From: Chiloscyllium plagiosum
Lineage: Eukaryota
Direction: 5' to 3'
Assembly: GCF_004010195.1 (NCBI RefSeq)
Contig: NC_057753.1
Coordinates: forward strand, 1,166,890-1,230,889
DNA length: 64,000 nt
The notes beneath the pieces are model-generated. The model made no database searches. It had not been told where the DNA came from and worked only from the letters and a program-made list of their open reading frames with translations. The position numbers were made by a program, and so were the translations under genes. The stretch's first letter is position 1. Each line of letters begins with the position of its first letter. Shown here piece after piece: positions 40,801 through 49,800 of this stretch.

Positions 40801-43800
40801 ACACTCCCTGTTTGCATATCTATAAATTCACTGTTTTCTGTTACTCAGCTCATCTGCTATTTAAACAATAACTCATGAATTTGTGCAAACTGGAAAATGC
40901 ATTCCTGGCCAACCTCCTACTTTCCGAATTTGGCGTTTCAAAACCTCTGCTCCCAGTGTCTTAATCGCATACGAAGTATTCATTCTGTATCACCTCTGTC
41001 CTTTGTGACCTAACTTTTGCCGTGTCAAACCATGCCTCACTTTCAAAATTGCTTTTCAGTCCTCAATTTCTCAATGGATTCACTCAACTTTATCTCTAAA
41101 ATTTCCTCCAGCTCAAGTCATCTGAGAAATATGTATTCATCTAATACTAGCCTCTGGAGAATTCCGAATTATAACTGGCCCAAAATCGACAACTTTGCTT
41201 CTTGCCCCTAAACCTGAGGTTCAGTAATACTCCCTCATAAACCTCTTCTCCTTTCTTTAATTTATTTGTGCACTTATTAAAGAATGTCTTTTTGTTGAAG
41301 ACTTTATCCATCTTCAAGATGTTGATGATATTTGGCGATAATCGGTTTTACATTTCCAGTTTATGGAGAAATTTGATCGCATAGAGTTATCTGGAAATAG
41401 TTTTGGGCAGGCATTTCTGAAAAAGAACGTGTAACTTGAGTTATGATAAATCAACAGAAACGTATGTGCACATCGAATAACGAAATCTTGAGTTTTTGTT
41501 CACGTAGCTGAGAGGGAGCAAAATGTCTCTTGTTGAAGTAAACATCTCTACTACGCCAACTATTGGTTAAATTGGCAAAACACATAGGTTAATTCCCCAT
41601 CCTCGAACCGTCTCACTGTTGATAGATGATCACTGAGGATTGGAAATGCACATTTCACGACCGGTACACAGCGGAAATATTCTAATGCTTTTCACATAGA
41701 TCGTTTTCAAAATGGTTCTCGTTTAGCTTCTCTAAAATGAACACAGAGTGGTACTGTGAGCGACGCTGCCCTTGGAATGAAGTTCGTTGTCTGAAACATG
41801 CAACTCCAACATAATGTAGATCACTTAATACCACCCTTCATGCAGATGGAAATTTTAAAAAATGCATTGGTTTCCCAATACACAAATGAGTTTCTTCCCA
41901 TTCTGTTTTTGATTTGCTCTCATAAATTTAAAACATTCTTGTTAAGGAACCAGACCACATTTTCTTGTTCCCTCAACGAAACGAAAATCTGGGCCGAACG
42001 GTTAACAGTCTGGGATTCAATTTTCAGACTGTACTGTGCACCAGACGTCTTATAGGAGCCATCAGCAAGATCATGGTGCTTGTTCCTGCAAAGCAACCCC
42101 TGTCTCACAAGTGCCTTAGCTGAGCGGCTACAATTTCCCCCCAAGTATATCCTCAACTACTCCATCATTTTCTACACTGGTATCCAATCTTCAACTTCAA
42201 CTAGTTCAATTAGTCCGAACTGTATTTCCCAGAACCAAGGTAGCACCATTTCTTATTCACCAATCAATCCAGTACCTCTAAGACAGGCGATATTTTATAG
42301 CTAATTTCCTCATCCGTGTGTTCAAATCAAGCCAGCCATACTGGTACTTCGACAATGCCGTGAGATGAACACCGTCCTGGTTTCTGTACTGATCCAATCT
42401 GTTTTTTTGTTAATCCCCAAACTCCATCGCTGCAGCAGCAGTCACGTCATACATCACATGAGAAAATATCAAATGTGATATTCTATCAATCATACAACAC
42501 AATGGCAGCCTATCAAACCACTTCTTGAACGTCGGTTAACATGTTGATCGGTACTTTCACAGCTGAACACTGTTCATGATCTCCCGCAAAGACAACTTCA
42601 ACAGGTTCTGCATTATTTTCGTACCAAAGTCTCATATCAACATTTTATAGTACCTTCCATGGTGATGGCTGCCTTCATCAGTCTGTCTAACACCGTACAC
42701 CTGCATAGCAATTTAATCCAGCCGCAAATCTCATGCAAATGTTTATGTCCTCTCCTTCCTGCAGTGTGAAAACAATGATTTTCTGACATTTTGCTGCAAG
42801 TATCGCAGCTGCAACAGTTCGAATTGAAATTAATTCCGGTTGCGTTGATACTCAGTATATGACAAGGCTAAGAGTTTACAAAACTACTCTTGGCCTTCAC
42901 CACTAAACTTCCTGCAGGGTGACAAGAATTGGTTGGATACAGGTGACATCGGAATGACAGGAAACTAGGTTGTAGTTAATTCACAATGAGATTTGCACGA
43001 GAGAAAGATGTTTCACAGAGACATATCGGACTGGAAACATAAATTATGTTTCTTTCTCCACATTTGTTGCTGGAACTGTTGGGTTTCCTAGAATTTGCTG
43101 TTCTTATTTTATGGAAGTGTGACCTCATTTCGGGGATGCAGCATGTGAAATGAATTTGAGTAAAGTTTAGAATTGCTCAAGTTGAGTAGTTATTTATGGG
43201 AGTGATGTTCAAGTCACCTATCAATAACTAAACGTTCAGGGGAGACAAAAGGAAAAGAAAAGAGAGTTTGCAGAACATCGCACCAAACATTATGGGAGAT
43301 TTTATCTATATAGTAACTGGAAAAGACAGATATGCAATGTTATGCCTTAATATGGAGCTGGCACAATGTTTTTGAGACAGTTTCTTCGAACTGCATATTC
43401 TGGACTTACAGTGAGCCTGAATGATGGAATGGGATAGGATTAACACATGACCACGTACTGTAGACTGGCCGCCCCCAACCACCCCAGCCACTCACACATG
43501 CACATACCCCTTTACATAAGTAACAATGACGGTGTATCTTGCATTCAATTTCAGGGAGACAGAGCCGACTGTGAAACAGCTGTTAAAACAAAACGATGAA
43601 AAATATTATCACAGAATGGAAGAGAATAGGCTGATGTGCATTGACAGTCAAAAAATTGAACATCAGATCTTTGGGACACATTTAAGTTTGCATAAATTTG
43701 ATCCATCCCAAAAAGTAAGAAAATTCCAAGGTGAGTGCAGTGATTGGAATGTTGCCAGAAAAGTCGATGCTATTGAATGTGAGTTTCCTGTTTAGGATTA

Positions 43801-46800
43801 TTAACCTTGCACAACCAGGGAGACCCAGATGACAGATATAAATACGAGTGTTCAGGATTCTGCTCACTCTAGCAGCTGGCTGTAAGCTAGCTGAGTCAGT
43901 GTCATATTGTATGAACGTGTAAATAAGGGTTGACTTCGTGATGAGATATCAGCCTTCATGGACCAATTTCAGGATGAACCCGCCATTTATGCGTAACTAG
44001 AGAGGTTAAAGACAATTTAATGAATCAAAATTGACATGATTATGCAAAGACAGATGGCAAGTCAGAAAAATACGCAAACTATCTAAATTTGCTCAAGTGA
44101 ATGATCAGAAAATTACCAAGAAGCAATATATTAGAGTTTGATAGGAAATAATCAGATAAAGATTTCCTCTAGGTATTTTGAAAAGCAAAGAGATTAACAA
44201 AGCGAGCACTATCCACATAGAAAATGAGACATAAATAGAAATTATTATTTTAAAATAAGGGAGAAGGAAAACGAACAGAACAGTTATTTCACTGGTTTTC
44301 AAGAAGCAGAATGCAAATAAAAATCTGAGAGACAGCTATAAATCAGCAAATCAGCGGAGAACAGAAGCAGGGAAGTGACATGCACAAGAGAAATTGTCCT
44401 GAGTAAATAGATGCAGCTGCGACTGACACCTGCCAGTATCCTCATGGCATCATCCCAGTGTCTGAACAGAAAATGCTCGTGAAATAACTGACTTTTTGAC
44501 TTTACTGTTACATGATATTCTTGATTCTGAAAGACCTTTAGATTGCAAGATTGATCATTTTTCAACTTTATTGGAAAATGGAGTAGACAGCGAGTAAGAA
44601 ATGACAGACAAGTCAGTTCAAAAGCTGTCATACCAAAATGTTGCAAACTATTGTTGACCAAAATGATGCATTATACTCCAGATGCATTGGATAATTTCAA
44701 GCAAATCAGTGTGAATATAATACACATGATTTTGAGAAAGGGAAATCAGATTTGAAAAGTCTCCTGGGTGATCAGGTTAACCTTACAATTGATGGTTGCT
44801 GTGTATGTTGATTTTCAGAAGACATTCAATAAAATACTTCATCTAAGTTGATGAAGACCGAAGAGGTATAATAGTAAAACAGACAGAAGAGTAACAGGTG
44901 TGAATGAGTCATTTTAAGATTGGAAATGGAGTGCAACTATTTTGCCACTTGCGTCTTAGAGGAAGACGTCTACGGTCCACTTGCCAAAGTTACTGAACTC
45001 ACAAAAATAGAAGGATCATTAAGTCATCAGCGGGCACAAAAATATGACAAAAATATTATAACGGATATGGGGAATACAATGGAAACTTCAGCACATTGTG
45101 GGAAATTGATAAAGAAAACCCATTTGACCTGAGGAATAGAGAAAAAAAATCGAAATTGTGTCAGATTTCAGAATGCTCAGGTGCAGCGGCATCATGGCAT
45201 CATAATGGATGAATCGTTTGAGATTAGTATATCTGGACTGCACGTAATTACGGGAAAAATGATGTCATTTATCACAAGAGAAAATGAACACAAATATTTG
45301 GCTGTTATTTTTCAGATAGACGAAGGTCATGCGAGATTTACATCCCTCTTCGCTGAATTGAAACCTGAATGATGCATGCATGTTGGATGTTCCATAATCG
45401 GATCTATTAAAAATATGTTTATGAAACATCAGAGGCGACGCTTAGACCATTTCTCAGTAATATGAGAAACATCAAAGGTATCATAGAGTTAATGAGTAGC
45501 AGGAGGTTGTAATTGATTTTGTTTTTAAATTACATGCCAAAATAGAGAACGTGCTTGGTCTAATTTGCAAATAACTAAAATACGTATTGCTAAATAATTC
45601 TGAAGTACGTTGGCAAATTTGTGCCAGAGTACCTTTGCGTCGTAAATTTGTTGGACTGGAAATAAATTGTACCCTACTTATGACGCCCTCATCCCATGGG
45701 AAAGTTTTACTTCAAAACCAGCGAAACAGATATATTTCAGACACAGAATGTTTATAATATCAGCAGCATACTCTGGCATTGGTGAAAAGGAAAGGAATTG
45801 CCACTAAAGAATGCCAAATTCAAAGAAAAAGTGATGTATTACAGTAAAAAAAGCTAAGACGACTGGTAAAAATGATAGAGCTCTTTAAATACTGACAGAA
45901 ATAGTAATGAAATAACAATTTGGAAACAGTGAAAGTAATTAGCTGCAAGATCATTGATGTAGGTATTAAATTCACATTTCTGGGCAATTTCGAAAATTAA
46001 ATATATATATAATTTCACTTTGAATGCAACTGACATAGACAGTAACACCCTGGTGGTATGCACTGTTTTCTGTGAGAGAAAGCAAGTATAAAATTATCCA
46101 TGAAAACCGCTGTTGGCCATTTCAGGGAAATACGGTTAGACCATAAGACCATAAGACATAGGAGTGGAAGTTAGGCCATTCGGCCCATCAAGTCCACTCT
46201 GCCGTTCAATCATGGCTGATGCGCATTTCAGCTCCACTTACCAGCGTTCTCCCCGTAGCCCTTAATTCCTCTAGACAACAAGAATCTATCAATCTCGGCC
46301 TTGAAGACATTTAGCGTCCCGGCTTCCACTGCACTCTGTGGCAATGAATTCCACAGGCCCACCACTCTCTGGCTGAAGAAATGCCTCCACATTTCTGTTC
46401 TGAAATGACCCCCTATAATTCTAAGGCTGTGTCCACGGGTCCTAGTCTCCTCGTCTAACGGAAACAATTTCCTAGCATCCACCTTTTCCAAGCCATGTAT
46501 TATTTTGTACGTCTCTATTAAGTCTCCCCTTAATCTTCTAAACTCCAACGAATACAATCCCAGTATCCTCAGCCGTTCCTCATATGTTAGACCTGTCATT
46601 CCAGGGATCATCCGTGTAAATCTCCGCTGGACACGTTCCAGTGCCAGTATGTCCTTCCTGAGGTGTGGGGACCAAAACTGGACACAGTACTCCAAATGGG
46701 GCCTAACCAGAGCTTTATAAAGTCTTAGTAGTACATCTCTGCTTTTATATTCCAACCCTCTTGAGATAAGAGACAACATTGCATTCGCTTTCTTAATCAC

Positions 46801-49800
46801 GGACTCAACCTGCATGTTTACCTTTAGAGAATCCTCGACTAGCACTCCCAGATCCCTTTGTGCTTTGGCTTTATTAATGTTCTCACCATTTAGAAAGTAG
46901 TCTATGCTTTTATTATTTTTGCCAAAGTGCAAGACCTCGCACTTGCTCACGTTAAAGTTAAACATCTTGCATGTTTACTCTAGATTTCAGCATCTGCAGT
47001 TTTTTTTTGTCTATTCCTCCCTTGCTAACCAGGGGTGTTAAATTAGCCATGTTCCAGTCCTCTGGGACTCTCCCTAATTCCAGTGATTCCTGAAAGATCA
47101 CCCTCAATGCCTCCACAATATCCTGAGCTATTTTCTTCAGAACTCTGGGGTGCAGTCCTTTCAATCGGGTGATTTATTCACTTTCAGATCTTTAAGTTTC
47201 CCTAGCACCTTTTCCTTAGTGACCAGTCAAGTGGGGAATATTCTATCACATTCCTAACTTGTGCCTTCTAGATAGTAGGCAGTTTTTGGGGAGTCAGGTG
47301 TTGAGTTATCTGCTGCAATATTCCTAGTCTCTGACCTGCTCACTGTAGTCACTGTATTTATATGATGAGTGCAGTTGAATTTCTTGTCAATGGTAAATCC
47401 CCATGATGATGATAGTGGGGGATTCAGTGATGGTAACACCTTTGAATATTAAGACGCAGTGGTTAGATTTTCTCTTATTGGAGATGCTCATTGCCAGACA
47501 TTTGTGTGGCACGAATGTCCCATGGCAAAATGTGTAAAGTTTCATTTTTCAAGACAAGCATGTGAAAAGCACATTTCTGTGAATCTTGATAACACATGTC
47601 TTCATTAGCATTTACTATAGAATTGTAGAATGACAGTAAAGTTAAGCCTCTCATCCAAAGATTTCTGTGCTGGTTCTTTGGGCGAGCTATCCCATTAACT
47701 CCATTTCCCTTCTTGTTCACCATGACCCTGTAACTGTTTTGCTCATGTGTAAACTGTCACTTAGCTAGTTAATTATAATCCCCACTGCATGACAAGAGCA
47801 TACGAATCTCGGCTGAAACTTTGGTGAATTTCTGAAGGAATGTTGCATTGTTGGAGGAGCTGTCTATCAGCTGCGATGGAGGACCGCTCTGCCCTCTTAA
47901 ATGGATATGAAAGATTCCATGATGCTGCTTCAATCAATGCCTCTGCTATTTCCTCAGCCACCTCTCTCAGAACTCTAGGGTGTATCCCATCGGGGCCAGG
48001 AGATTTATCAATTTTAAGACTTTTTAACTTTTCTAGCACTATCTCTTTCGTAATGGCAACCCTCAACTCAGCCCCGTGACACCCTTTAATTTTTGGGATA
48101 TTACTCATGTCTTCCACTGTGAAAATTGACGCAAAGTACTTGTTAAGTTCTCCTGCTATTTCCTTATCTCCCATCACTAGGCTTCCTGCATCAGTTTGGA
48201 GTGGCCCAATGTCTACTTTTGCCTGTCGTTTGTTTCTTATGTCCTGAAAGAAACTTTTACTATTATTTCTAATATTACTGGCTAGCCTATCTTCATATTT
48301 GATCCTCTCCTTTCTTATTACACTCTTTGTTATCCTCTGTTTGCTTTTGTATCCTTCCCAATCTTCTGATTTCCCACTGTTCTTAGCCACTTTATAGGAT
48401 CTCTCTTTTTCTTTAATACATTTCCTGACTTCCTTTGTCAGCCAAGGTTGTCTAATCCCTCCCCGGTTAATCTTTCTTTTCTTGGGAATGAACCTCTGTA
48501 CGTGTCCTCAATTTTACCTACAAACTCCTGCCATTTTTGCTCTACTGTCTTCCCGGTTAGCCTCTGCTTCCAGTCTATTTTAGTCAGTTCCTCTCTCATG
48601 CCCTCATAATTACCTTTATTCAACTGTAACACCATTACATCCGATTTTGCGTTCTCCCTTTCATACTCCAGATTGAACTCTATCATATTATGGTCGCTAC
48701 TTCCTAAGGGTTCCCTTACTTTAAGATCTTTTATAGAGTCTGGTTCATTGCAAAGCACTAGGTCCAGAATAGCCTGCTCTCTTGTGGGCTCCATGACAAG
48801 CTGTTCCAAAAAGCCATCCTGTAAGCATTCCATGAATTCCCTTTCTTTAGATCCACTAACAACATTATTTACCCAGTCCACCTGCATATTGAAGTCTCCC
48901 ATGATCAATGTAACCTTGCCTTTCTGACATGCTTGATTTTCATCAGTTCACCACTCCATCAAATGATTAATCAACTATTAACTGAATGACATAACGGTAC
49001 GTATATACAAAAGTGGAATCAGTTTTGGCATTAATACATTTCGAGGGGAAGTAACTGTTTTGGCAGACAATTTCATGAGTGGTCAAGTTGCGTGAAGCAC
49101 AGAAATGGAGAAAAACGATTGTTTCACTGCATTCTTTCCTGTATCCTAGAAATGTTCCCAACAAAAATTATTGTTCTCTCTTTGTGATGACATCTTGCAT
49201 ATCCGTTTTTTTTTCAGTACAATCTTCTTTTCACCGTTTTCCTTCAGACCTCTCTGGCAACACTGGGGACCAGACTAATTCCTGGGACAGCAGTATTACT
49301 TGTTAAGAGTGACTGACTCGGTTAGGAGCATATTCACTGGAGTTGAAAGGAATGAGGAAACGCTCACAGAAGTGTTTAAGCTCTAACAAGATAAAGAGAA
49401 TTCTTTTTTTTATCGAACAAATGATGAGCCGATGGGATTTTCTGCGAGAGAAATTAGTTTGGGCCAAGACATTATTTGTTTCGACAGGATTCAGATGTAC
49501 CTCTTCGGGCTAAATGAATAACATAGCATAGGGAGAAAGAGGGTACTGAACTGAATGATCTGCCAGAATCATATTGAATGACAGCAGGCTCGAATGGCCA
49601 AATAGTTTTCTGTCACTCACATTTTTAATATTTCCATGTATGAGATGGAGGTTTTTTTTGAGTTAATATCAGTTGTCACTCTGTTGAGCTGATTTGCTGT
49701 CCTGTAAAAATCACTGTATACTTTCCCTTACGGGAAAATGACAAACGGTTATTTGCTTAGGTGGCTCCATTCAGATTTGAAGTTGGAACACGTTTTAACA

